Source: Candidatus Cloacimonadales bacterium
Lineage (GTDB): Bacteria; Cloacimonadota; Cloacimonadia; Cloacimonadales; JAIOQZ01
Assembly: GCA_963674825.1 (NCBI GenBank)
Contig: OY771587.1
Coordinates: forward strand, 1,504,001-1,568,000
Length of the DNA: 64,000 bases
Direction: 5' to 3'
The translations under genes and the position numbers were made by a program. Positions within the stretch are counted from its first letter, which is position 1. Each line of letters opens with the position of its first letter. Shown here piece after piece: positions 9,401-18,397 of the stretch. The notes beneath the pieces were generated by a model. That model was not told the DNA's origin. It worked only from the letters and a program-made list of their open reading frames with translations, and did no database searches.

Positions 9401-10589
9401 CTGAGTAGCCTTCCGAAGAAGCGGAGATGAAATCAAGGGTTTCGTCAGTATAGCTGTCGAAGTCCAAAGCCGGAGAGATCAGCCAGTCTTCGTTATCGAG
9501 CGCACCGCCAGAGTAACCGTTGGCGTATGCGTAATAATTGCCAGCGTATGAAGCGGCATACCACACCTGGTCACCGGTAACGCTGTAAGCTGTCCAGTTA
9601 CCGAGTGACGCACTTTCGAAGTCTTCACTGTTGATGACATCCGGTTCGGAATCGGTGGTTGCCTGAGCGGTCGGACGAGGATTGGTCAGACCATAAGTCG
9701 TGTTATAGTCGATATCTGTACCCGAATTGGTATAGGCATAGATTGCGTAGTAGTAGGTCACGCCATCGGCAAGGCCGGTCCAGGTGTAGCCGTTGCGTCC
9801 GTGCATGACATTGACTGCGCCTTCACCGTCAGTCATATCGGTATCATCAGCAACAGGTGTTCCGTCAATCGGGTTGGTGATGTCGCCATAGCCTGTTGTA
9901 CTGCATTTGATCAGGTAACCGTCAGCGGGGACGGTACCGTCGTTGTTGTCCCAGCTCAGGACGACTGTATCCCAACCATCGTTGGTTGCAGTGAAGCTTG
10001 CCGGGTGGTTGGAAGGCTCGGGATCCGGACCGCCGGTAGAGGTACCGGTAACAGTAACATCGTCAAACCAGATGTATTCGGAGCCGGAGTTACAGCTTGC
10101 TTCCATATAGATGACAAGAGTGGAACCGCTGAGGTTTGAAGCGGTAAAGGTCGTGGTATATGATGATTCGGGATCGGTAACATTACCGAATTCGACCGCC
10201 GCGCCACCGTCGAGAACGTAGGTTCCGATCAGATAGTCGGTCGCTTCGTAACCGGTAGCTGCAAATGCGACGTCAATCGAGATTGCTACATCTGTGTAGC
10301 CGGAGATGTCGATCGTTTCCGTCCACCATTCGACACCCAGTCCATCCTGCGTATCGTCAACATCCAATCCTTCAAACCGCAGACCATTGACCCACCAATA
10401 GTCACCGCTGACGACCGTTCCGTTTGTCGTGTCGATATTCCATTTTGTCACACCATCCATATCGATAGTGCCTTGATTGTCGCCTTTTCCGTCGATAGCC
10501 GGATCGTCAAAGTTTTCGATCCAGATCGTTTCGGCGCTCATCATGCTAAAAACGAGTAGCAGCGATAGAAATGCGAATAATCTTCTCAT
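6450..10589 (-). CDS. Large secreted multidomain protein (FN3-like, cleaved-adhesin/MAM-like, OB-fold, Ig-like, two lamin-tail domains, Calx-beta-like, FN3-like C-terminal tail)
   Basis: Signal peptide; DNEDWLISP; TIHMIQG...SPYVGQIVTTSGIVT (OB fold like those of extracellular nucleases); LVINEINYN and LVINEILYN with GPSLEL...GTPG (lamin tail x2); TITITDDSAVE (Calx-beta). Confidence 0.8.
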   Translation of the reverse strand: MRRLFAFLSLLLVFSMMSAETIWIENFDDPAIDGKGDNQGTIDMDGVTKWNIDTTNGTVVSGDYWWVNGLRFEGLDVDDTQDGLGVEWWTETIDISGYTDVAISIDVAFAATGYEATDYLIGTYVLDGGAAVEFGNVTDPESSYTTTFTASNLSGSTLVIYMEASCNSGSEYIWFDDVTVTGTSTGGPDPEPSNHPASFTATNDGWDTVVLSWDNNDGTVPADGYLIKCSTTGYGDITNPIDGTPVADDTDMTDGEGAVNVMHGRNGYTWTGLADGVTYYYAIYAYTNSGTDIDYNTTYGLTNPRPTAQATTDSEPDVINSEDFESASLGNWTAYSVTGDQVWYAASYAGNYYAYANGYSGGALDNEDWLISPALDFDSYTDETLDFISASSEGYSGDDLYVMISNTYDGTSDPTGFAWTDLSSQCSFSAGGWAWTNSGTIDLSAFSGTVYVAFKYVSTTSAAHRWEIDDINILGFFQGGNLPPQISNVSIDPAAPGASDAVTVRADVVDDARSVSTVKCWWGTASGVLGNEIAMSIETGNTWVTNSVIPAQAGGTTVYYKIEAIDDQSDNAFSPEYNYTIATGITIHMIQGEVETSPYVGQIVTTSGIVTGLAYNGYYLQDGDGAWNGIWVYDTVNAPAEGDMVTVTATVAEYFGLTELSSVTGFNIVSSGNALPAIITITTAGLTEEYEGVLVKVLNAECVSIDSGSGQWQVDDGNGILEIDDQMLSGYVRTLGYDYDIIGIGNFSYEQYKLEPRYEADVTEYSVADTDPPTVDDVTVVDASTVVVDFNEDVEETSAQEIENYYIYSRTVLVTNAVRDDVDNSKVTLTVTGLTYGNFTIEINDVEDLSGNGTDGESFNFTYTEPALIELVINEINYNPPEAGTDTLEFIEIYNAGDSEVDLEGFYFGAGVTYTFLSGDVVAANDYFVVAVNATAFENFYGFQADAEWTSGGLSNGGEAITLVGADDAVVDEVTYSDSGDWPNLPDGNGPSLELIAPSLDNSLGINWSPSAVDYGTPGAQNSVYNIDTVVRFNPGFGEYNEDQGTFDLVLSITSPSETVATTVDVVLVYGDAAQVNNYTTQSVTFPANDGSDQTVTITITDDSAVEDADTLYFELQNIAGGTNAAIGSPDQYELVIIDDDVPPPALVINEILYNAIDTDDPWEFVEIYNADTETVDLNGVYFESGITYVFPEGASIAVGEYIIVALTAATYEGNGYQVFEWTDGALSNGGEAIELRTASGQVIDYVSYDDGGDWPSVCDGSGPSLELLGTNLDNSLAENWAASLVDYGTPGAENSVVGGIVEAPTDVVIVINGNNVELDWADVTNAAQYHIYRGTNPEMLTLYDSTTTSNYIDVDGAVGTKYFYKITADTEAPSTRRR

Positions 10590-10644
10590 CGATTTACTCC
10601 TTTTGCAGGGTATCTCCCCGTATTATTTTTCAGGATTTGGTACG

Positions 10645-10674
10645 ATATTACAATTAGTGGCTCAGGGCTGTCAA
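10645..10674 (-). promoter_or_regulatory. Candidate sigma70-type promoter for the 6450..10589 gene
   Basis: Minus strand TTGACA-18 nt-TAATAT, 55 nt upstream of the ATG. Confidence 0.4.
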
Positions 10675-10825
10675 TGATTTTGTGTACAGCATTACGTGTT
10701 AACCGATTGTTAATGCGATAATTAATGATGCACTTCACAGCGGGAAAGTAACATAGTACAATTCACGGAAATCTCGTTAACACAAAAAAAACGGAGTCGC
10801 AAGGCATTTAAAAAGATAATGAATG

Positions 10826-12748
10826 TTAATCAATATCGATACAGGGACGTGACTTGGGTTGCTCCAATGGTATAAGTAACATGAATGTAGAGCCCTTACC
10901 TTCTTCCGATTCGATTTTCAGATCACCCTTGTTTGCCATAGCAAGTTCTTTCGAAAGAATCAAGCCCAGGCCGGTACCGGTCTCATTGTCCGTTCCCTTG
11001 CGGGAATTGGTCCGATCGATGATGAACATGTTGTCGAGAACGCTTTTCGACATTCCAATACCATGATCGATCACGGAAATGGAGTAATTCGAGCCGTCCT
11101 GATCGAGACGGATCGTGACAGTAGAGTACGGATAGCTGAACTTGATGGCGTTCGAGACAAGGTTTCGCAAGATTGTATAGACCATATCCGGATCGGCGTA
11201 AACCATACGATCAGTGTTCTGCTCGACTTCGATGCTGACCTTCTTTGATTCTGCGGAATAGAAGTAGAGCTCGCTGATCATGTGAATCAGGTCTATCATG
11301 CAGAACTCTTTGGGGCAATATTTGATTTCGCCGCGTTGCGTTCTGGCCCAGTCGAGTAGATTCTGAAGAAGTGTTGCCAGATTGCTGGCCGAGTGGTCAA
11401 TGATCTTGAGCACTTTTTCAATCTTGGGTTCATTTGAATGTACAGACTGAAGCTTAAGCAACTCTATTCCGCTGATAACACCACTGAGAGGCGTCTTTAG
11501 GTCGTGTGCAATAATGGATAGGAAGCGATCCTTGGCAGCGTTGGCTTTCGTCAGTTGTTCTTCACGCTGCGAGAGTCGTTCCAGCATTTCTTGAAGCTGT
11601 TTTCGCTGAGACTGGATTTCCTCGTTCTTTCGCGAAAGCTCTATATTCTGTTCCTGATGGAATCGCGCTTCCTGCTCGCGCTTCATCACTTCGTAATGCA
11701 CTTCAAGCTCGGCAACTCGCCGGGATGTTTTATCCGAATACAGCTTGGTAATCGCGTCGTTATAGACGTCATATTGCTCGAAAGTCTGTTCGTATGCTTC
11801 GTAAGCCGCACCATGTTGATTTCGTGCAGCCAGTATCTGAGCTTTTTTACGAAAATAGAGTGTCTTTTTCCGGGCAAGCCGCATCTCGGAATGATTACTT
11901 GGCTTTTTTTGGACAATCTCCTCTGCCTTGCGCATATATTCATCGGCTATCTCAATATGGCCAAGGTGGCTATGTGCCTCCATCAGGTTCAGAATGGTGC
12001 TGGTATCGTCTGTATGATCCCCATTCTTTGCCTTGAGCCTTAACGATTCTTGAAGATAATCGATAGCCTGCTCGAATTGATTCTCCTGCATGCAGATGGA
12101 ACCCAGGTTATTCAGGATATAAGCTTCACCGATGATATACTCATGCTCTCTGACCAGATCAAGCGCTTCCCGATAGCATTCGATCGCTTTTTCGGAATTA
12201 CCCATACGCCCATATATAATACCCATGTTATTGAGTGATCGGGAGTGCAGGATATAGTTATCAGTATTTTGCCAATAAGCTCTGACATCCTGTGCAAGCT
12301 CGAGCGCTTTTTCATGATTCTCTAGATCGGAAAATATCCGGAGAAAAGATTCCTTAACGCGGATGATGACCTTGGGATCGTTAAGCTGATTTGCCAGTTC
12401 GAGAGCTCTGACATTGCATTGGGACGCCAGTTCCATATCATTCATTCTCAGGTAATAATTACCCAGGGCATAATGCAACTTGACTTGATGCTCAATCAGG
12501 CCTTCCTGCTCAGCCAGCTCCAGCCCATGCTTGAACATGAGAACAGCGTCAACCTCGTTATTGAGCTGTTCGTAAGCAGTTCCAGCGCCAAGATACCCGT
12601 CGATCAGCGCAGGCTTGAGATCATGTTCTTGCGCGTATTGGATCAGCTCATGGGCAATTTCTAATGCCTTTTCGGGATCCTTCAGCACAATTTGTTCGAT
12701 CTCTCGCATTTTCCGCGTATTCAGATCAATGTCGGCTTTCTCGGTCAT
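10826..12748 (-). CDS. TPR-repeat sensor histidine kinase, apparently cytoplasmic
   Basis: N-terminal TPRs (SLNNMGIIY, ILNNLGSIC), coiled coil, H-box IAHDLKTPL, N-box NLVSNAIKF, G1 DHGIGM, G2 GTGLGL; no obvious TM segment. Confidence 0.9.
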   Translation of the reverse strand: MTEKADIDLNTRKMREIEQIVLKDPEKALEIAHELIQYAQEHDLKPALIDGYLGAGTAYEQLNNEVDAVLMFKHGLELAEQEGLIEHQVKLHYALGNYYLRMNDMELASQCNVRALELANQLNDPKVIIRVKESFLRIFSDLENHEKALELAQDVRAYWQNTDNYILHSRSLNNMGIIYGRMGNSEKAIECYREALDLVREHEYIIGEAYILNNLGSICMQENQFEQAIDYLQESLRLKAKNGDHTDDTSTILNLMEAHSHLGHIEIADEYMRKAEEIVQKKPSNHSEMRLARKKTLYFRKKAQILAARNQHGAAYEAYEQTFEQYDVYNDAITKLYSDKTSRRVAELEVHYEVMKREQEARFHQEQNIELSRKNEEIQSQRKQLQEMLERLSQREEQLTKANAAKDRFLSIIAHDLKTPLSGVISGIELLKLQSVHSNEPKIEKVLKIIDHSASNLATLLQNLLDWARTQRGEIKYCPKEFCMIDLIHMISELYFYSAESKKVSIEVEQNTDRMVYADPDMVYTILRNLVSNAIKFSYPYSTVTIRLDQDGSNYSISVIDHGIGMSKSVLDNMFIIDRTNSRKGTDNETGTGLGLILSKELAMANKGDLKIESEEGKGSTFMLLIPLEQPKSRPCIDID

Positions 12749-12989
12749 CTCTGCAATGCTTCCTTACGTGTTATTTTCCAATATTATAATCTTATATTGG
12801 AACGCATGCGACAATAATGTTCATTACCGGGCTTGTCCACAGAAAAATAAGACATAAAAATTTCTTGGGATATATCAATACACAGAGAGTGATGGATTAA
12901 CACATAGACAAAAAGCTTTACATGATTTCCGCTGCGGAGGAAATGGATAAACCTGACAATATACATGAAATGGAGAATCAAGCTGGAGT

Positions 12990-13961
12990 ATGGCGACAAG
13001 GAAAATACTGATTATAATTGCCGCGATCGTAACGGCGTTGTTGTTTGTTGAAATAACCATTCGGTTTGTTGTAGGATATCCAGTAGCTCCCGATCGGAAG
13101 CAATACATGTTTTTGCCCGGCGACGTCCATTTCAAGCACATATTGCTTTATGAACCATATTCTGTGGGTTGGTCTGTTGAGGGTGGAAACAGGAAATATT
13201 ACAGGAATAATCTTGGATTTCCAGGTTCGGATGTAATCATATCCGATACCCGTCGTCCAATCTTTCTTCTTGGATCTTCCTACATCGAAGCCCTCCAGGT
13301 ATCCCGCGATTCGATCGCGTCATCAATCTTTCAGCACTGCTTGCAATCATCCTCTCAGCCAGACTACCAGATCATCAATCTTGGAGAATCAAGGCTTGAC
13401 CCATATGCCGCATGGTATCGATGTCATTATTTCTCGAAAATATACTCGCCAGACAAGGTCGTACTGGTAATTGAAGGTTTCCATCCAGACTGGCTTCAAG
13501 ACTATGGCGACAAGATCTCATTTGAGATACCGGATAATTTTGGCAAGCCTTTGAATGTCTCTACGCGAAACCGTGTCGCTGAATTGGCGATTAAAAACTC
13601 AGCTTTCTTGAACCTTCTCCGAAAAGGGTCGGGAAACGCTGGCAAAGCCGAAGTTAAACCAGCAGAGGAGCAGCTTGAGGATGGTTCATCTATAATGCCC
13701 CTAACGCTTACCCTGTCGTTATTGAAATTCAAGGAGACTTACGGGAATAACTTTCTTCTAGTCTCGTTCGATAGCGAAAGCAGCGACAATCAGCAACTTC
13801 GTGATTTTTGCAATCAGAACGGTATCAATTTCCAGTGCTCAGAGGAAATCCTCAAGCCCGAATATCGTTTCGGTGGAAACGGTCACCTGAATGTGGAGGG
13901 TAACCGCCTATTGGGAGAGTTCCTCTATACTGCCTTCAGGAACACCTTCAAGCCGGAGTAG
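12990..13961 (+). CDS. Membrane-anchored SGNH/GDSL hydrolase-like protein
   Basis: N-terminal TM helix; NNLGF, LLGSSY (block I variant), IINLG, C-terminal GHLNVEGN. Confidence 0.65.
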   Translation: MATRKILIIIAAIVTALLFVEITIRFVVGYPVAPDRKQYMFLPGDVHFKHILLYEPYSVGWSVEGGNRKYYRNNLGFPGSDVIISDTRRPIFLLGSSYIEALQVSRDSIASSIFQHCLQSSSQPDYQIINLGESRLDPYAAWYRCHYFSKIYSPDKVVLVIEGFHPDWLQDYGDKISFEIPDNFGKPLNVSTRNRVAELAIKNSAFLNLLRKGSGNAGKAEVKPAEEQLEDGSSIMPLTLTLSLLKFKETYGNNFLLVSFDSESSDNQQLRDFCNQNGINFQCSEEILKPEYRFGGNGHLNVEGNRLLGEFLYTAFRNTFKPE

Positions 13962-14056
13962 GCCGGCTGAACCTTACCCAATTTCAAACGCTTCCATCTG
14001 CACAAATATATTGACGCCCCGCGCCCCGCATTTCTTAGTTAGAAAAAGGAGGCTTC

Positions 14057-14344
14057 ATGGATCGTGAAAAGCTCTACCAGAAAGCTCGCCAGAGAGTCGA
14101 GGAGATCAAAGGATTTTACATGCATCTTATTATGTATATTGCTGTGAATGCAGGATTGTTCCTTATCAATCGTCATTCTTCTCCGGGTCACTGGTGGTTT
14201 TACTATCCTCTGTTCGGGTGGGGTATCGGCTTGATTGCCCATGCTGTCAGCGTGTTCGGTATTCCAGGCATTCTGGGCGAGGAATGGGAAGAACGTAAGA
14301 TCGAGAAGCTGGTTAAGAAGATGGAAGAACGCCAGAGTCGTTAG
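14057..14344 (+). CDS. 2TM domain-containing small membrane protein
   Basis: KARQRVEEIKGFYMHL...WFYYPLFGWGIGLIAH...WEERKIEK pattern; AGGAGG RBS. Confidence 0.85.
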   Translation: MDREKLYQKARQRVEEIKGFYMHLIMYIAVNAGLFLINRHSSPGHWWFYYPLFGWGIGLIAHAVSVFGIPGILGEEWEERKIEKLVKKMEERQSR

Positions 14345-14405
14345 CTGGTGAATAACAGATAAGCATCAGAACCGGAAGTTGAAATAGAAAAGGCAGGAAA
14401 ATTCG

Positions 14406-15308
14406 ATGAAACCGAAGTTGATCGTGCACGGGGGAGCCTGGAGCATCCCCAACAAGATGATCGATCCCCATTTACTGGGTGTCGAGCAGGCAATTCGCGA
14501 AATATATCCACTGCTTGAAGACGGTATGTCCGCGCTGGACGCAGTCGAGAGAGCAGTCAATATCCTGGAAGAGGATCCGACGTACGACTCGGGCCGAGGT
14601 GCATTTCTGAACGCGAAGGGTGAGATAGAACTGGACGCGATGATCATGAACGGCGCTGACCTGAACATGGGCGCAGTCGCTTCGCTACAAAACCTACTCT
14701 ATCCCATCTCCGTAGCCCGGATGGTCATGGAAAAAACGGAGCATACGTTTCTGGTTGGCAAAGGAGCACAGGAATTTGCCAGAGCAATGGGATTCGTGGA
14801 GCTTGATCCCAGGGAACTCCTTACCGAACGCGAACTGGAGTTCTGGCACAAAGTTCGGAATGACCCCACGTTTGAAACACGCGATGTATTTCGTCCCCAA
14901 CCCAAAGGAACCTGCGGTGCGGTTGCGATGGACGAAAACGGTAATCTCGCGGTTGCGACATCGACAGGCGGCTCGCCGAGAAAGCTACCCGGAAGAATGG
15001 GTGATTCTCCAATTCCCGGAGCCGGAACCTGGGCGGATAATCATTCTGCGGCATGTTCCGTTACAGGTTGGGGTGAAGCGATTATGCGAGTGGTACTTGC
15101 AAAACACGCCAGTGATCTTTCTACAACCATCGGCGCAATGGAGGCATGCAGGTCGTCCCTGCATATGCTGAAGACGCGTGTGGACGGCGATGCTGGGTTG
15201 ATCATGATTGATCGTCACGGGAACTACGGATTCGCACACAATACTGATCGCATGGCTTTCGCGTACTGGGATCCGGACAAAGGCCTTGTATCGAGGATTG
15301 AAGCATGA
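14406..15308 (+). CDS. Isoaspartyl peptidase / plant-type L-asparaginase (Ntn hydrolase)
   Basis: VHGGAW, LEEDP, ELDAMIM, G-TCGAVA autocleavage site with Thr nucleophile, ATSTGG, GRMGDSPIPGAG, TGWGE. Confidence 0.92.
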   Translation: MKPKLIVHGGAWSIPNKMIDPHLLGVEQAIREIYPLLEDGMSALDAVERAVNILEEDPTYDSGRGAFLNAKGEIELDAMIMNGADLNMGAVASLQNLLYPISVARMVMEKTEHTFLVGKGAQEFARAMGFVELDPRELLTERELEFWHKVRNDPTFETRDVFRPQPKGTCGAVAMDENGNLAVATSTGGSPRKLPGRMGDSPIPGAGTWADNHSAACSVTGWGEAIMRVVLAKHASDLSTTIGAMEACRSSLHMLKTRVDGDAGLIMIDRHGNYGFAHNTDRMAFAYWDPDKGLVSRIEA

Positions 15309-16006
15309 AGACAATCGGCTTAATCGGAGGAACCACCTGGCACTCTACCGCAAAATATTACCAGCTTCTGAATGAAGGCGCAAATACACGCCTCGGTGGA
15401 ACGCACTCTGCCAGAATCGTTCTTGATTCGGTGGAATTCGCGGAATTCAGAGCGTTTCAAGACCAGGCATCCGATGACAAGATCGCGGACTACCTGGTAA
15501 CAAAGGCAAATGGCCTGAGATCCGTGGGGACCGATATTATCCTACTATGCGCCAATACATTACACAAGTACTACGATGCTATTCAGGAGAAGCTGGATAT
15601 CCCGATCCTGCACATCGCGGATGCACTTGGAGAGGAATTGGAGCGCTTTCACGTGAAACGTCCTGGAATCCTGGGAACCGCAATTACCATGTATGAGCCG
15701 TTTTATCGACATCGGCTTTCGAGTCGATATCAGATGGAGCCACAAATTCCGGAACACGAAAACGGCGAAGTGCTCAGCCAGGCGATTTACCAGGACCTTT
15801 CGAGAGGTGAAATCACCGATAATGCTCAAGTGAGCTTCGAAAATAGCGTGGAAGACCTTATAAAGAAAAACGCGGATGCCGTCGTACTAGGCTGTACCGA
15901 GCTTTATATGTTGAGAAAATTGGTGCCGGAAAGTGTGAAGGTATTCGACACACTCGATCTTCACGTAAAAGCGGCACTCAACTGGGCTATCGATACGAAC
16001 GAATAA
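15305..16006 (+). CDS. Aspartate/glutamate racemase family amino-acid racemase
   Basis: MKTIGLIGG, LCANTLH and LGCTEL two-cysteine motifs; ATGA overlap with the upstream gene. Confidence 0.9.
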   Translation: MKTIGLIGGTTWHSTAKYYQLLNEGANTRLGGTHSARIVLDSVEFAEFRAFQDQASDDKIADYLVTKANGLRSVGTDIILLCANTLHKYYDAIQEKLDIPILHIADALGEELERFHVKRPGILGTAITMYEPFYRHRLSSRYQMEPQIPEHENGEVLSQAIYQDLSRGEITDNAQVSFENSVEDLIKKNADAVVLGCTELYMLRKLVPESVKVFDTLDLHVKAALNWAIDTNE

Positions 16007-16019
16007 ACTGGAGGTACCA

Positions 16020-16523
16020 TTGAAACGATTTTTGATGATCATTCTTGCCATTGCTATCGCGATGACATTCGGATGCCAGGGCAAAAAAGCAGCAGATGAA
16101 TCTAGACTCAATCTCACACCGGACGAAGAAGAATCGAAAGAAATAACCCAAAACGCGTACGATTTCCTCTTACCCATGAGTGAATCGAGCGCTACACTTC
16201 GCGAAGGCTTTGAACAACTCTCTGATGACCAGGGGGAATTCCACGAGAAGAACCATTACGTATATGTTTACGACTTCGCAGGCAACTGTGTCGCACATGC
16301 CGGCGATCCGTCGCTTCGCGGACAGAACTTGATCAAATACGCCGACGCTGAAGGCACGCTGATCGTTGAGAAGATGATCGAAAACGCACAGGAAAAGGGC
16401 GAAGGCTGGTTGTCGATCGCACTCAAGAATCCAGACACTGACGAGATTGAATACAGCCACGTTTACTTCAAGCGCCTTGGCGACCTTGACTATGTGATCG
16501 GCAGCGGCTATTTCAGGAAATGA
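16020..16523 (+). CDS. Lipoprotein with a single Cache domain
   Basis: TTG start after GGAGGT; lipobox-like TFGC; YVYVYDFAGNCVAH...GQNL...DAEG...GEGW...VIGSGY. Confidence 0.8.
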   Translation: MKRFLMIILAIAIAMTFGCQGKKAADESRLNLTPDEEESKEITQNAYDFLLPMSESSATLREGFEQLSDDQGEFHEKNHYVYVYDFAGNCVAHAGDPSLRGQNLIKYADAEGTLIVEKMIENAQEKGEGWLSIALKNPDTDEIEYSHVYFKRLGDLDYVIGSGYFRK

Positions 16524-17749
16524 GGATTCTGCATCTTCTGGCACAGCGCCCGGGTAGGACAGGCAGTGGTATCAACCTGCTTTCTACGCTAAGCGCTGGT
16601 GCCGCTCGCGGTCATCAGCAGGCAGTTATCGCCGGAATCCCCCTTTCGGATCGCGATAACGATTTCGGATTTCCAGCGGGTACGGTCTTTGAGCCTGTTC
16701 TGTTCGAGACGGATGCGCTGCCTTTCCACGTGGTGGGAATGAGCGATGTGATGCCCTATCCATCTACCCGCTATCGCGACATGACGCCAGAGATGGTGGA
16801 GGCGTGGAAAAAGGCGTTTACGGGAACGATCGGCAAGATGATCGAGAGTTTTCAACCCGATATCATCCTATCGCATCACCTCTGGCTACTGACAACGCTT
16901 GCTGTAAAGCTGCGCGGCAGTCTGCCCGTCGTGGCATACGCGCACGGAACAGGGCTTCGTCAACTCGAGCTGGCCAAAGGCTTTGTGGAAGAAGTTACCT
17001 CGGGATGTCGCGGTGTTGACCTGGTGCTAGCGCCGAACGCCTTTCAGAAAGCGCGTATCGAGAAAGAATACGGGATCAAGAAGGTCATCGATATCGGAAA
17101 CGGCTATCGTTCGGAGCTATTTTATCGCACGGAGCGTACCTCGAATGAAAAGCTCAGGCTGATCTACGCCGGAAAGCTGAGCGCTTCCAAGGGTGTTCTG
17201 CAACTGATTCACGCTTTCGAGGCCATTGCCGACGAGAGGATGGAACTGACCATTGTCGGCTCTGGAAGCGGTGAAGAGGCTCAAGCGATCCGGCTGGCGG
17301 CTGGCAAATCGCCTGCTCCCATACGAATGATCGACGCGGTACCGCAGGAGAAACTGGCAGCCTATTTCCGTGAAAGCGACCTCTTTATATTACCGTCATT
17401 CTACGAAGGGATGCCGCTGGTTCTGATCGAAGCGGTAGCCTGCGGAATGCATTGTGTATGCACCGATCTTCCTGGTGTCCGGGAATGGCTGGAGCCAATC
17501 AACCCGATGCTGGTGGCGTTTGTTGCGATGCCACGGATGGCGTCTGTCGATTGCCCACACGATGAGTGTATTCCGGCGTTCGAAGCCGATCTCGTCTCAG
17601 CGCTAACGCGCCAAATCGAGGCGATAAGGCATAAACTTCCGATCGATTGGGATCGAACAGATCGTTTCATCCGTACCAAGTCATGGGGCGCAATCTTCGA
17701 GCGTATGGAGGAGCTGATGAAACACTTGACAGACAGGCACGACTCATAA
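16520..17749 (+). CDS. Glycosyltransferase family 4
   Basis: YAGKLSASKG and DLFILPSFYEGMPLVLIEAVACG (EX7E motif). Confidence 0.9.
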   Translation: MRILHLLAQRPGRTGSGINLLSTLSAGAARGHQQAVIAGIPLSDRDNDFGFPAGTVFEPVLFETDALPFHVVGMSDVMPYPSTRYRDMTPEMVEAWKKAFTGTIGKMIESFQPDIILSHHLWLLTTLAVKLRGSLPVVAYAHGTGLRQLELAKGFVEEVTSGCRGVDLVLAPNAFQKARIEKEYGIKKVIDIGNGYRSELFYRTERTSNEKLRLIYAGKLSASKGVLQLIHAFEAIADERMELTIVGSGSGEEAQAIRLAAGKSPAPIRMIDAVPQEKLAAYFRESDLFILPSFYEGMPLVLIEAVACGMHCVCTDLPGVREWLEPINPMLVAFVAMPRMASVDCPHDECIPAFEADLVSALTRQIEAIRHKLPIDWDRTDRFIRTKSWGAIFERMEELMKHLTDRHDS

Positions 17750-17785
17750 AACTCATCTCGAAATTTACAACATACGGAGGATTCT

Positions 17786-18397
17786 ATGAACAAGGTTTTC
17801 ATGATTTTGATGGTTCTGGCAGTGTGTTCGATGCTTGTCGCAGGCCCGAAAGACGAAGCAATCAGTAGTCTTGACACGGCCAAGGGATTTGTCTCGAAAG
17901 AGCAATACTCCAAAGCGGTTGAAGAGATTAACTACGCCCTGGCGAAAATCAATGAAATTCTCGCACAGCGACTTCTGGACCTGATTCCGGCCGCTCCGGC
18001 AGGATACACGCTGGATTCGAAGGATTCCGCAGGTCTTGGAACAGCCGGCTCATTTATGGGCTCAACCAACTCACTGGCAGCCGAAGCAAGCTACAGCAGC
18101 GAAAGCGGCTCATCCCTCTCAATTAATATTGCTGTTGGCGGTCTGATTGGTCAGGCAGCATCATTTGCCAGTATGGGTCAGATGTTCGGTGGTGCAGTAG
18201 CTGGAAGCTCGACCATTCGCATCAAGGGTTACACCGGAACGCTCGAATTCGATAAAGAAAATCAGTCAGGTACGCTGAGCCTGAAGATTGGTCAGGACAA
18301 GAGTGTGATGATCGAAGGTTCGATGATCGAATCTGGCGACATTCTCAAAGCACTGGCTGAAAAGATCGACCTGGCAAAACTGGAATCGGATATCTAA
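17786..18397 (+). CDS. Secreted hypothetical protein
   Basis: Signal peptide, GGAGG RBS, 203 aa, co-oriented with the upstream operon. Confidence 0.7.
   Translation: MNKVFMILMVLAVCSMLVAGPKDEAISSLDTAKGFVSKEQYSKAVEEINYALAKINEILAQRLLDLIPAAPAGYTLDSKDSAGLGTAGSFMGSTNSLAAEASYSSESGSSLSINIAVGGLIGQAASFASMGQMFGGAVAGSSTIRIKGYTGTLEFDKENQSGTLSLKIGQDKSVMIEGSMIESGDILKALAEKIDLAKLESDI

Noticed and set aside
6450..10589. Extracellular nuclease
   Set aside because: OB-fold and lamin-tail accessory domains are present, but I found no endonuclease I or EEP catalytic motifs.
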